This document shows positions 45,362 to 53,660 of a stretch of DNA of 54,679 nucleotides, piece after piece (within the stretch, counting starts at the first letter, position 1; the number at the start of each line of letters is the position of its first letter). The position numbers and the translations under genes are program-made. This DNA is from an uncultured Treponemataceae bacterium. Lineage in GTDB: Bacteria; Spirochaetota; Spirochaetia; Treponematales; Rectinemataceae. The notes below the pieces were generated by a model that worked only from the letters and a program-made list of their open reading frames with translations, was not told the DNA's origin and made no database searches. The stretch spans positions 1 through 54,679 of the forward strand of contig CAYRXK010000002.1 in NCBI GenBank assembly GCA_964428265.1, written 5' to 3'.

Positions 45362-46541
45362 AATACCTCCCGTTGAAATCCTTGCCCAGAATGATGGTGA
45401 AGTCGGCCACCGCTTCCTCGGCTTCCGCCCGGGAAGCCGAACTGGCCGTGTTTTCGCATTTGATGACCGCCTGCAGGTTGCCCAGGGCTTCGGCATTGCC
45501 GTAATGATCGATGATGACGGTGCGGTCGCGGTCGGTGAGCTGGTCGTTGCCCACGGCCACGACCTCGTAGCCGAAACTCTGGAAGATCCCCGCCGTGCGC
45601 GAAGCCAGGCCCTTGTTCGGCGTGGCGTTCAGAATTTCGACCGTGAAGATGCGCGTGCCGGACAGGGTGCGCGACGAACTGGCCAGCGCCGAGAGCGTCT
45701 GCTTCACGATGTCGCGCACCAGTTCTCCGTCGTAATGGGGGAACAGCAGCATCTGCCCGTCCACGCTGCGGGTGGTGCCCGTAACGCGCTGGAGCATGAT
45801 GCGGTCCGCGTCGAGCTTAGCCAGCTCGGTCACGAAACGGAGCCTGCCCTCTTCCTCGAAACTGCTCCGGAGAGCCGAGGAAAAGGCCGGAAATACGTCG
45901 CGCCGGCGCAGCTGGCCGCTTTTTTCGGCCACGCGCTTGACCATGGCCTGGAAAAGCTTCTGGCGGCGCGCGATGGCGTCCTCGCCGCTTTCGCCCTCTT
46001 CGCGATACCGGGCGAACTGCAGCACCTTGTCGCCGTCGAGGGTCACGGCGCCTCCGGGCAACCGGATGGGATCGACGCCCTCGGATGCCTCGCGGATGAC
46101 CATCGTGGGCAGGAATAGTTCCAGGCCTTCCATCAGGTCCACCACGCGCACCAGGCCCGCCTCGTCGAACACGATCCAGCCGTCTATGGAGGTGTCGAGG
46201 AAGGCAGCGAGCTCCCGCACGTAGGCGCCCGCCCTGCCCGGCTCGTAGACCGAATCCAGGCGGTCCATCCGTTTCTTGCTGGACAGGATGACGCCGGTTT
46301 CGCCGGGGATGTCCAGCAGGGCGCCCTTGCCCGCGCCCGGATAGAACATGAACAACTGGGTGGATATGGGCGCGCCGCCCGATTCGAGGATGACCGCGAT
46401 GTTCAGGCTGCTGTCCTTCGACAGGGCCTGCCTGACTTCGTCCGCCCGCATGGCGAAGGCGGCGAATCCGATGCTGCCGGCGAATATGGCGATGATGACG
46501 ATGAGGAGGATGGAGCTCTTGTCGAATCCGGGGCGTTTCAT
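45351..46541 (-). CDS. LytR-CpsA-Psr (LCP) family protein with LytR_C-type C-terminal domain
   Basis: 396 aa from MKRPGFDKSSILLIVIIAIFAG (N-terminal TM anchor). LCP core (DIPGETG...RMDRLDSVY, LQFARYR), then a C-terminal domain (EILNATPNKGLASRTAGIFQSFGYEVVAVGN). ATGA overlap with yqeK, and an 11-nt overlap with rsfS. Confidence 0.85.
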   Translation of the reverse strand: MKRPGFDKSSILLIVIIAIFAGSIGFAAFAMRADEVRQALSKDSSLNIAVILESGGAPISTQLFMFYPGAGKGALLDIPGETGVILSSKKRMDRLDSVYEPGRAGAYVRELAAFLDTSIDGWIVFDEAGLVRVVDLMEGLELFLPTMVIREASEGVDPIRLPGGAVTLDGDKVLQFARYREEGESGEDAIARRQKLFQAMVKRVAEKSGQLRRRDVFPAFSSALRSSFEEEGRLRFVTELAKLDADRIMLQRVTGTTRSVDGQMLLFPHYDGELVRDIVKQTLSALASSSRTLSGTRIFTVEILNATPNKGLASRTAGIFQSFGYEVVAVGNDQLTDRDRTVIIDHYGNAEALGNLQAVIKCENTASSASRAEAEEAVADFTIILGKDFNGRYCVR

Positions 46542-47179
46542 TTCCGGGTCTGTTCCATGTGCAGGGCATTGTACAGATCGAGGCTCCGGCGGGCAACCGC
46601 CATGCCCCGCCCCTCGAGCCAGCGGATGGATGCGGCGGAAACCATGAACAGGATGAGCGCGAGGCTGGCAGCGCGGGGGGCGGCCAGGCGGTCCTCGGCT
46701 CCCCTGCCCGGCTCGGTCTTGTCGGCGATGTACAGGATCGCGCCCAGATCGTCCATGCCGATCTCGCCCAGGCTGTGCGTCGCCACCGCGCGGAGCAGCG
46801 AGGCATCCTCGACCCCGAATTCCTCGGCGAGCATGGTGGCGGACGCGGGCCCGTGCACCACCTTGTCGGCGATGGCGGATTCCTCTTCGCGCAGGGAATC
46901 GAGCGAATAGCCCGGAAGGATCGCCGCGAGCCGGGCGGCGTATTCCCACTGCACCGAAACCGGCAGCTGCTTGCACAGATCGTGCGCGAGGCCCGCCAGC
47001 CTTCCGCGGCGCGGATCCACGCCGTGATCGGCGCAGAGGCGCTCGGCTTCGGCGGCCACCGACCGCGAATGCGCGGCGCGGTGCGCGGACAGGCGTTCGT
47101 CCAGCGCGGCATCCACCGCGGAAATCGCCGCTTCGATGTCAGTGAGGTCAGTGAGGTCAGTGATGGCCATAGTATCCAT
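46538..47179 (-). CDS. yqeK: HD-domain protein YqeK (bis(5'-nucleosyl)-tetraphosphatase-like)
   Basis: About 213 aa. HSRSVAAEAERL...LAGLAHDLCK (HD motif). Conserved position after nadD. Start is ATG 47179 or 47170. Confidence 0.8.
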   Translation of the reverse strand: MDTMAITDLTDLTDIEAAISAVDAALDERLSAHRAAHSRSVAAEAERLCADHGVDPRRGRLAGLAHDLCKQLPVSVQWEYAARLAAILPGYSLDSLREEESAIADKVVHGPASATMLAEEFGVEDASLLRAVATHSLGEIGMDDLGAILYIADKTEPGRGAEDRLAAPRAASLALILFMVSAASIRWLEGRGMAVARRSLDLYNALHMEQTRK

Positions 47180-47732
47180 GCCGCTCGATGAGCGCGGCGA
47201 CCGCTTCGGGCACCAGTGAACGCCAGTCTCCGCCCGATCGTATGAGCGCGCGCACCGCCGAGGATGATACCGAGAAGGGCGGGTTCATGAACTCCTCGTG
47301 CGGCCATTCGAAGGCGCGGTGCGCCTCGCCCTCGCGACGCATGAGGATAAGCCGCGTCTCGCGCGAGAGCGCGTCGGCCTCCTTCCAGGAGCCGAAACCG
47401 GCGGCCAGGTCGTCGCCCAGCAGGAATCCCGGACGGGCCTCGACCCTGCCGGATTGCACCAGATGACGCACGGTATCTATGGAATACGAAGTGCCGCGGC
47501 GTTCGATCTCGCAGGGTTCCACCGCAAGGTCCGGATGCGGGGCGCAGGCGGCGCGCAGGAGTTCGAGCCTGGCTTCCGGGCCGGGATCGTCGGAAAGGTC
47601 CTTGTGCGGCGGCTTCCAAGCGGGCACGAGAAGGGCGAGGTCGTATCCGAAACGGCGCGCGGCTTCGCGGGCCAGGGCTATGTGGCCCAGGTGGGGAGGA
47701 TTGAAGGATCCGCCGAACAGGAGGGCTTTCAT
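47157..47732 (-). CDS. nadD: Nicotinate-nucleotide adenylyltransferase
   Basis: 191 aa from MKALLFGGSFNPPHLGH (HxGH motif). SSSAVR near the C-terminus. Confidence 0.9.
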   Translation of the reverse strand: MKALLFGGSFNPPHLGHIALAREAARRFGYDLALLVPAWKPPHKDLSDDPGPEARLELLRAACAPHPDLAVEPCEIERRGTSYSIDTVRHLVQSGRVEARPGFLLGDDLAAGFGSWKEADALSRETRLILMRREGEAHRAFEWPHEEFMNPPFSVSSSAVRALIRSGGDWRSLVPEAVAALIERHGYYGHH

Positions 47733-47757
47733 GAGCGGACCGATCCGGGCATCGCGT

Positions 47758-48876
47758 TCATTCCTGCCCTTCGTCACCCGGGGCTTCGAGGTCGCCGAGG
47801 CCACCCAACCCGAACAGGTCGTCCTCCGACGGTGCTTCGGCGCGATCCTGGGCACGCCGGGCTTCTTCCTCGGTTACCGCGGCGAAAAAGGCTTCCTTCA
47901 AATCGGGCATTCCCTCGTCCGAAAACACCGAAATGCCGAACACGCGCTCGTCTGCATGGGCGTCGCGGAAGGCGTCCCATCGCTCGCGCGCTTCGGGAAG
48001 GTCCAGCTTGGTGCCCACCAGGACGCGCGGCTTGCGCGCCAGTTCCGGGGAAAACGACGCCAGCTCGTCGCGCAGGATGCCGTAGGCCCGCTCCCAATTG
48101 TCGTCCGAAAGATCGACCAGGAAGGCCAGGCAGGCCGTGCGCGCGATGTGCTTCAGGAAACGGATGCCCAGGCCCAGGCCTTCGTGCGCGCCCTCGATTA
48201 TTCCGGGAATGTCGGCCAGGATGATGTCGCGATCGTGGATGGTAAGGACACCGAGGTTGGGGATCTTGGTGGTGAAGGGATAGGGAGCGATCTTGGGGCG
48301 CGCGTTGGTGAAGTGGTCCAGAAGGCTGGATTTGCCCGCGTTGGGAAAGCCGACGAAACCGATGTCGGCGATCAGCTGCAGTTCGACGCGCACGCGTCGC
48401 TCGATGCCGGGCTTGCCGGGCTGGAACATGCGCGGCGCCTGGTTGACCGAATTCTTGAAGTGGGTGTTGCCCCAGCCGCCCTTGCCGCCCTTCAGGAACA
48501 CCCAGGTCTCGCCTTCGACCGCGGGCCGGCCGCCGGGGCCGGGGGCGCCGAAGTCCTTCAGGATTTCGCCGGTATCCGGATCGCGGATGATGGTGCCCGG
48601 CGGAACCGGGATGACCATGTCCTGGCCGTCCTTGCCGTGCATGTTGCGGCCCATGCCGGGGATGCCGTTCTGGGCCTTGAAGGTCTGCTTGTAGCGAAGG
48701 TCGGCCAGGGTGCGCAGGTTGCGCTTGACCATGAATATGAGGTCGCCTCCCCTTCCGCCGTCGCCGCCCGAGGGGCCGCCCATCGGTACGTACTTTTCGC
48801 GGCGGAAGGCGACGCAGCCGTCACCCCCCTTGCCCGAAGCCACGGTGATGGTCGCTTCATCCGCGAATTTGATCAC
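47758..48876 (-). CDS. obg: GTPase Obg
   Basis: 372 aa from GTG 48876, with AAGGAG 7 nt upstream. VIKFADEATITVASGKGGDGCVAFRREKY, GGDGGRGG and G-domain motifs (GFPNAGKSS, DIPG, TKLD). Confidence 0.9.
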   Translation of the reverse strand: MIKFADEATITVASGKGGDGCVAFRREKYVPMGGPSGGDGGRGGDLIFMVKRNLRTLADLRYKQTFKAQNGIPGMGRNMHGKDGQDMVIPVPPGTIIRDPDTGEILKDFGAPGPGGRPAVEGETWVFLKGGKGGWGNTHFKNSVNQAPRMFQPGKPGIERRVRVELQLIADIGFVGFPNAGKSSLLDHFTNARPKIAPYPFTTKIPNLGVLTIHDRDIILADIPGIIEGAHEGLGLGIRFLKHIARTACLAFLVDLSDDNWERAYGILRDELASFSPELARKPRVLVGTKLDLPEARERWDAFRDAHADERVFGISVFSDEGMPDLKEAFFAAVTEEEARRAQDRAEAPSEDDLFGLGGLGDLEAPGDEGQE

Positions 48877-48917
48877 GCAACCGCTCCTTGGATTGGCGCG
48901 CCATGTCGCGCGCGCAT

Positions 48918-48946
48918 AAAAAAACACCCCGGCGCAGGCCGGGGCG
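48918..48946 (-). terminator. Rho-independent terminator downstream of rpmA and upstream of obg
   Basis: Minus strand: CCCCGGC-CTGC-GCCGGGG followed by TGTTTTTTTA. A second imperfect hairpin lies just upstream at 48953-48973. Confidence 0.65.
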
Positions 48947-49017
48947 TTCATCGACCCGGCCGCAGGCCGGTCGTTCGCTGCCCGCCGCACGCCAGACGGC
49001 GGCACGGGCGCATGCGT

Positions 49018-49290
49018 TCAGTTCGATCCGGCCTGGACGGCGGGTTCGGCCGCCGCGACGGGCTGCACGCCCGCGTACTTCCGGCCGCGGAATTCCTTGA
49101 AGAACACCGTGCCGTCCACCAGGGCGTAGAGCGTGTCGTCCTTGCCGATGCCGACGTTGAGGCCGGGGTGGATCCTGGTGCCGCGCTGGCGCACGATGAT
49201 GCTGCCCGCGCTGACCGTTTCGTTGCCGTATGACTTTACCCCGAGATGCTGGGGATTCGAATCGCGACCGTTTACGCCCTTGTGTGGCAT
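49018..49290 (-). CDS. rpmA: 50S ribosomal protein L27
   Basis: 90 aa. [19 protein letters not shown]...[30 protein letters not shown] is canonical L27. No N-terminal propeptide. Confidence 0.9.
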   Translation of the reverse strand: MPHKGVNGRDSNPQHLGVKSYGNETVSAGSIIVRQRGTRIHPGLNVGIGKDDTLYALVDGTVFFKEFRGRKYAGVQPVAAAEPAVQAGSN

Positions 49291-49317
49291 GTCTATCCTC
49301 CGGATGTTGAAGGCGCG

Positions 49318-49635
49318 TCAGGCGCCGACGATCTCTTCCACCTGCAGGACGGTGTAGTTCTGGCGGTGGCCCTGGGTCCTGCGGTAGTCCTTCTTGGGCT
49401 TGTACTTGAACACGACGACCTTGTCGCCCTTGACGTCTTCCTTTACGGTGGCGCGGACAGAGGCGCCGGCGACGTAGGGAGTGCCCACGCGGACGTCGTT
49501 CTCCGACGCGGCGAGGAGGACGACCTTGTCCAGCGACACCTGGGCGCCGCTTTCCTCGGCCATGAGGTCCACCGTGAGGGATGCGCCCTTTTCGGCGCGG
49601 TACTGCTTTCCGTTGATCTCTACGACTGCGTACAT
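49318..49635 (-). CDS. rplU: 50S ribosomal protein L21
   Basis: 105 aa from [17 protein letters not shown]. The track ORF start at 49644 is a TTG three codons upstream. Confidence 0.9.
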   Translation of the reverse strand: MYAVVEINGKQYRAEKGASLTVDLMAEESGAQVSLDKVVLLAASENDVRVGTPYVAGASVRATVKEDVKGDKVVVFKYKPKKDYRRTQGHRQNYTVLQVEEIVGA

Positions 49636-49673
49636 ATCTTGCAACCTCGTTGGGATTCCAATAGTGGCGTTAT

Positions 49674-49703
49674 TGTATATCCCGGAAGCGCCATTGATGT
49701 CAA
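49674..49703 (-). promoter_or_regulatory. Candidate sigma70-type promoter for rplU-rpmA
   Basis: Minus strand: TTGACA (49703-49698), 18 nt, TATACA (49679-49674), about 40 nt upstream of the rplU ATG. Confidence 0.35.
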
Positions 49704-49753
49704 TGACACGCGGCGCGCGGGCTCGCGGAGCGCGGCGCGCCGCCCTCCGGGGC

Positions 49754-51517
49754 CTACATCACGTCCAGGAAGGGCACGCAGACCAGGCCGCAGGCCTTTT
49801 CCAGGGTCGAGCGCACCGCGCGCACCAGCGCGAGCCTGCTGGCCGACAGGTTGGGATCGTCGTTGGTCAGGACGGTGTTGTCGCGGTACCAGGTGCTGAA
49901 GTCCTGCGCCATGTCGTGCAGGTAGGCCGCCATGACGGAAGGCTCGTAGGTCCTGGCCGCCTGGGCGACCGCCTCGGGAAGGGCGGCGATGCGGCGCAGA
50001 ACCGCCCACTCGGGATCGCCCGCCAGGAGTTCGGGTTTGAGGACGCCGCGCGCGGCGTTGCCCTCGCCGGCCTCGGCCTTGCGGATGATGGACGAGGCGC
50101 GGGCGCCCGAATACTGCGCGTAGGGGCCGGTGTCGCCGGTGAATGAAAGCGACTGCTCCGGATCGTAGAGCATGTCCTTTACCGGGGCGGTCTGCAGCAG
50201 GTAATAGTGCAGCGCGCCCAGCGCGATCCGCTCGGCGATGTCGCCGGCCCTGTCCACCGCGCCCTCGCGGCCCTTGGCCTCGATCTCGGCCTTGGCGAGC
50301 GCGGAAAGCTCGTCGATCAGGTCGTCGGCGTCGACCACGGTGCCCTCGCGGGTTTTCATGCGGCCCGACGGAAGGTTCACCAGGCCGTAGGAGAGGTGGT
50401 ACAGGTTTTTCGCCCAGGCGTGCCCCAGGCGCGCGAGCACCTCGAACAGGACCTTGAAATGGTAGGCCTGTTCGGATGCCACGACGTAGACCAGGCGGTC
50501 GAAGGGCCAGGTGTGGTGGCGGAAGATGGCGGTGCCGATGTCCTGGGTTATGTAGATCGAGGTGCCGTCCTTGCGCAGGAGGACCTTGCGGTCCAGGCCC
50601 GCGTCCTCAAGGTTCACCTGGACGGAGCCGTCATCCTCGCGGTAGAAGACGCCGCGCGCCAGGCCGTCGAGCACTTCGTCGCGGCCCTTCATGTAGGTCA
50701 GGCTTTCGTACTGGAATTCGTCGAAGGAGATGCCCTGGCGGGCGTAAGTGGCCTTGATGCCGTCCACCGCCCAGGCGTTCATCTTCTTCCAGAGGGCGAT
50801 GACTTCGCTCTCGCCTGATTCCCAGCGGCGCAGGAGGTCCTGGGCCTTTTCGTCGGCCTGCGGATCCTCGGCCTTGAGCTGGTTGAACATGACGTAGTAC
50901 TTGCCGACAAAGTGGTCGCTTTTCAGGCCCTCGTCTTCGGGGCCGCGGCCGCCGCCGTAAGCCATGTAGGCGAGCATGGACTTGCAGATGTGAACGCCGC
51001 GGTCGTTGATGAGGTCGATCTTGCGGACTTCGGCGCCGGCGGCGGCCAGTATGCGCGACAGGGATTCGCCCAGGACGTTGTTCCGAAGGTGGCCCAGGTG
51101 GAGGGGCTTGTTGGTGTTGGGACAGGAGAATTCCACCATCACCTTCTGGCCCGAGAGGTTGGACGCCCTGCCCCAGCCTTCCTGCGACGCGGCGGCCAGG
51201 ATTTCGGCGGCGGCGCGCACGCGGTCCAGCCTGATGTTGAGGTAGGGACCTTCGGCCTTCGCGCTGCCAAGGCCTTCGGCGGCGGGGTCGGCCGCCACCA
51301 GGGCCTGGACCGCGGCGGCGAGCTGCGCGGGCGCCGCCCTGAAGGTCTTGGCGAAGGGGAACAGCGGAAAGCCGATGTCGCCCAGTTCGGGCTTGGGTGG
51401 ATTTTCCGCCACGACGGATTCGGGCGTGATGTCGATGCCCTGCAGGCCTTTCCGGAAGGCGTAGGTGGTGAGCGCGCGGGCGATGACGAGCTTCCATGCG
51501 AGTTTGTAGTCGGTCAT
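49754..51517 (-). CDS. argS: Arginine--tRNA ligase
   Basis: 587 aa. Class I HIGH-type motif (PNTNKPLHLGHLRN) and a DALR anticodon-binding C-terminus. Confidence 0.95.
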   Translation of the reverse strand: MTDYKLAWKLVIARALTTYAFRKGLQGIDITPESVVAENPPKPELGDIGFPLFPFAKTFRAAPAQLAAAVQALVAADPAAEGLGSAKAEGPYLNIRLDRVRAAAEILAAASQEGWGRASNLSGQKVMVEFSCPNTNKPLHLGHLRNNVLGESLSRILAAAGAEVRKIDLINDRGVHICKSMLAYMAYGGGRGPEDEGLKSDHFVGKYYVMFNQLKAEDPQADEKAQDLLRRWESGESEVIALWKKMNAWAVDGIKATYARQGISFDEFQYESLTYMKGRDEVLDGLARGVFYREDDGSVQVNLEDAGLDRKVLLRKDGTSIYITQDIGTAIFRHHTWPFDRLVYVVASEQAYHFKVLFEVLARLGHAWAKNLYHLSYGLVNLPSGRMKTREGTVVDADDLIDELSALAKAEIEAKGREGAVDRAGDIAERIALGALHYYLLQTAPVKDMLYDPEQSLSFTGDTGPYAQYSGARASSIIRKAEAGEGNAARGVLKPELLAGDPEWAVLRRIAALPEAVAQAARTYEPSVMAAYLHDMAQDFSTWYRDNTVLTNDDPNLSASRLALVRAVRSTLEKACGLVCVPFLDVM

Positions 51518-51581
51518 GATCGGGCGCGAGTGTAGCCCGCGCCCGCGCGGCGATGCAAGCGCCGCACCGCGTGGCCGCGGT

Positions 51582-53540
51582 TCAGCGGGCGCCGAGCAGC
51601 GCCAGAAAGGCTTTCTCGTCGATGATGGGCACGCCGAGCGATGACGCCTTGATGTTCTTGGACGAGCCTGAGCCCGGGTCGTTGGTGACCAGGTACGAGA
51701 GGTCCTTCGTGACCGAGGACTTCACCGTGCCGCCGCGCTCGCGCACCAGGCGCTCGGCCTCGCCGCGCTTCATGGCGGTCAGTTCGCCGGTAAAGCAGAA
51801 ACTGCGGCCGCGCACCGGGTCGTCCGGGGAGGTATCCGAACTGGAGGCTTCCGGGCCGCCGGATGCCGCGGTACGAGGCACGGGCGGCCGTATCCGCACC
51901 GCCTGCGTGGCGAGCAGGGCGTCCATATCCTCCGTCAGCCCGGCAAGACCCTGCGCGATCGCGGCCGCGGTGATCTCGGCGATGCCCTCTACCGAGTCCA
52001 GGTCCGCGACGCTGGCGGCGCGCAGTTTTTCCAGCGTGTCGAAGCCGCCCGCGGCCAGCTTTTCGGCGATCAGGACGCCGATACCCTCGATATCGAACCC
52101 GGCGATGAACTCCGGAAGTGACAATTCTTTCCTGGCCCTGAGGTTGCGCAGGATCTTGCGCGCCAGCACCTCGCCCATGCGGTCGAAGGCGGCCAGTTCA
52201 TCCTCGGTGAGCGTATACAGGTCGGCGATGCGGCGCACCCTGCCCGCGGCGTGCAGCTTGCCCAGGATCACCGACCCGAAATCGCGTATGTCCAGGACGG
52301 ACAGCCATTTTTCCAGCCGGTGCAGGCCTTTCTTGGGGCAGGCGGGATTCGGGCAGCGGAGCCGCGTGTCTTCGTCCACCAGGGCGGCTCCGCAGGAACA
52401 GGTCGCGGGTATGGCGATGGGGGCGGCGTCCGCGGGATTGGATACCAGGGACTCTATCTTGGGGATGATCTCGCCGCGCTTGGTGATGACCACGCGCGAC
52501 CCGATGCGCAGCGAGAGCGCGCGCAGCATGCCCGGGTTGCAGAGGTTGGCGCGCTGCACGGTGGTGCCCGCCAGGCGCACGGGATCCATGATGCCGATGG
52601 GCGTGTACAGCGAGCCGCTTTCGCTCCATTCCACCGCGCGAAGGGTGGTGACCGCCTCTTCAGGGTCGAACTTGAAGGCGATCTGGAATTCGGGCCTGGC
52701 GCGCGACATGTCGTCCGGGTCGATCCGATCGCCCTTGACCACCAGGCCGTCTATGTCGAAGGGCAGATTGTCGCGCTGGTCCATGACCTTGCCGCGGTAT
52801 TCGATCACCTCTTCGGGCGTGGCGCAGGTGAGGGTCTGCACCGTTTCGAAGCCCGATGCGCGCAGCCATGCGATCTTGCCGGATTCGGTGTCGAAGGGCG
52901 CGTTGCGCGCCGCGCCGGCGCCGTATACGTCGCCCAGAGCGTCGTAGCAGACAATGTCCAGGTCTTCCGAACCGATACCGTCCTTGCGCTTCATCAGGCC
53001 GTTCGCGGCGTTGCGGCAGTTGGCCTTGTCCGAGTATTTCGCCGCGTGCACCGCCCTCGACATGAGGACTTCACCGCGTACCGCGCCCGAAAACCCGCCC
53101 GGAATGGCGGCGGGCAGGCCCCGCATGCGGCGGGCGTTGGGGCTGATGTCGTCGCCGATGCTGCCGTCGCCCCGGGTTACGGCCTTCAGGAACAGGCCGT
53201 CGCGGTATTGCAGTTCCAGGCTGGCGCCGTCGAGCTTGTGCTGCACGAGGAAGGCGGGGTGGCCCGATTTGGCGGCCCAGGCCAGGAAGCTTTCGGGATC
53301 CACCGCCTTGGATTGGCTGCCCATGGGCATGATGTGGCGGGCCTTGGGCCAGCCATCGGCGATGTCGGCGCCCACGCCCGCAAGCACCGGGTTTTCGGGA
53401 TCGAGCGATTCCAGTTCGTCCCAGAGCGCGTCGAATTCCTGGTCGGATATCGAGGGTTGGGCGTTGTAGTACAGGTGCTGGTGCTCGCGAATGCGCGCGG
53501 CCAGTTCCCTGATGCGCTGTTCGTTTCCGTCGTCGGCCAT
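51582..53540 (-). CDS. ligA: NAD-dependent DNA ligase
   Basis: 652 aa. Adenylation motif KLDG, OB fold, a four-Cys zinc finger, HhH repeats and a C-terminal BRCT (FCFTGEL...). Confidence 0.95.
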   Translation of the reverse strand: MADDGNEQRIRELAARIREHQHLYYNAQPSISDQEFDALWDELESLDPENPVLAGVGADIADGWPKARHIMPMGSQSKAVDPESFLAWAAKSGHPAFLVQHKLDGASLELQYRDGLFLKAVTRGDGSIGDDISPNARRMRGLPAAIPGGFSGAVRGEVLMSRAVHAAKYSDKANCRNAANGLMKRKDGIGSEDLDIVCYDALGDVYGAGAARNAPFDTESGKIAWLRASGFETVQTLTCATPEEVIEYRGKVMDQRDNLPFDIDGLVVKGDRIDPDDMSRARPEFQIAFKFDPEEAVTTLRAVEWSESGSLYTPIGIMDPVRLAGTTVQRANLCNPGMLRALSLRIGSRVVITKRGEIIPKIESLVSNPADAAPIAIPATCSCGAALVDEDTRLRCPNPACPKKGLHRLEKWLSVLDIRDFGSVILGKLHAAGRVRRIADLYTLTEDELAAFDRMGEVLARKILRNLRARKELSLPEFIAGFDIEGIGVLIAEKLAAGGFDTLEKLRAASVADLDSVEGIAEITAAAIAQGLAGLTEDMDALLATQAVRIRPPVPRTAASGGPEASSSDTSPDDPVRGRSFCFTGELTAMKRGEAERLVRERGGTVKSSVTKDLSYLVTNDPGSGSSKNIKASSLGVPIIDEKAFLALLGAR

Positions 53541-53622
53541 GCGGCCATGATAGGGTCATGCGAGCCCGGGCGTCAAAGGCCGGGTCCGGTCCGCAAAACA
53601 GTGCTCGATATCGGCTACCGGC

Positions 53623-53652
53623 TTGTAAATGTACGCGTATCGCGCGTATAGT
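53623..53652 (+). promoter_or_regulatory. Candidate promoter placing the MFS gene start at or next to the transcription start (leaderless)
   Basis: TTGTAA (53623-53628), 18 nt, TATAGT (53647-53652). The ATG at 53661 is only 8 nt downstream and has no SD. In-frame TGA at 53652-53654. Confidence 0.35.
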
Positions 53653-53660
53653 GACGTATC

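Noticed and set aside
45817-47619. 600-aa same-strand alternate-frame ORF across LCP, yqeK and nadD
   Set aside because: It crosses three genes that each have recognisable family motifs in another frame. Its product is Arg/Pro/Gly-rich noise.
49291-49317. Missing Prp (ysxB) protease gene between rplU and rpmA
   Set aside because: The gap is only 27 nt. L27 begins MPHKG with no cleavable N-terminal propeptide, so no Prp is expected.
51553-53651. Two plus-strand ORFs of more than 460 aa (51553-52947 and 52251-53651) opposite ligA
   Set aside because: They are nested opposite a full-length NAD-dependent ligase. Their Ser/Arg/Ala-rich translations carry no motifs.
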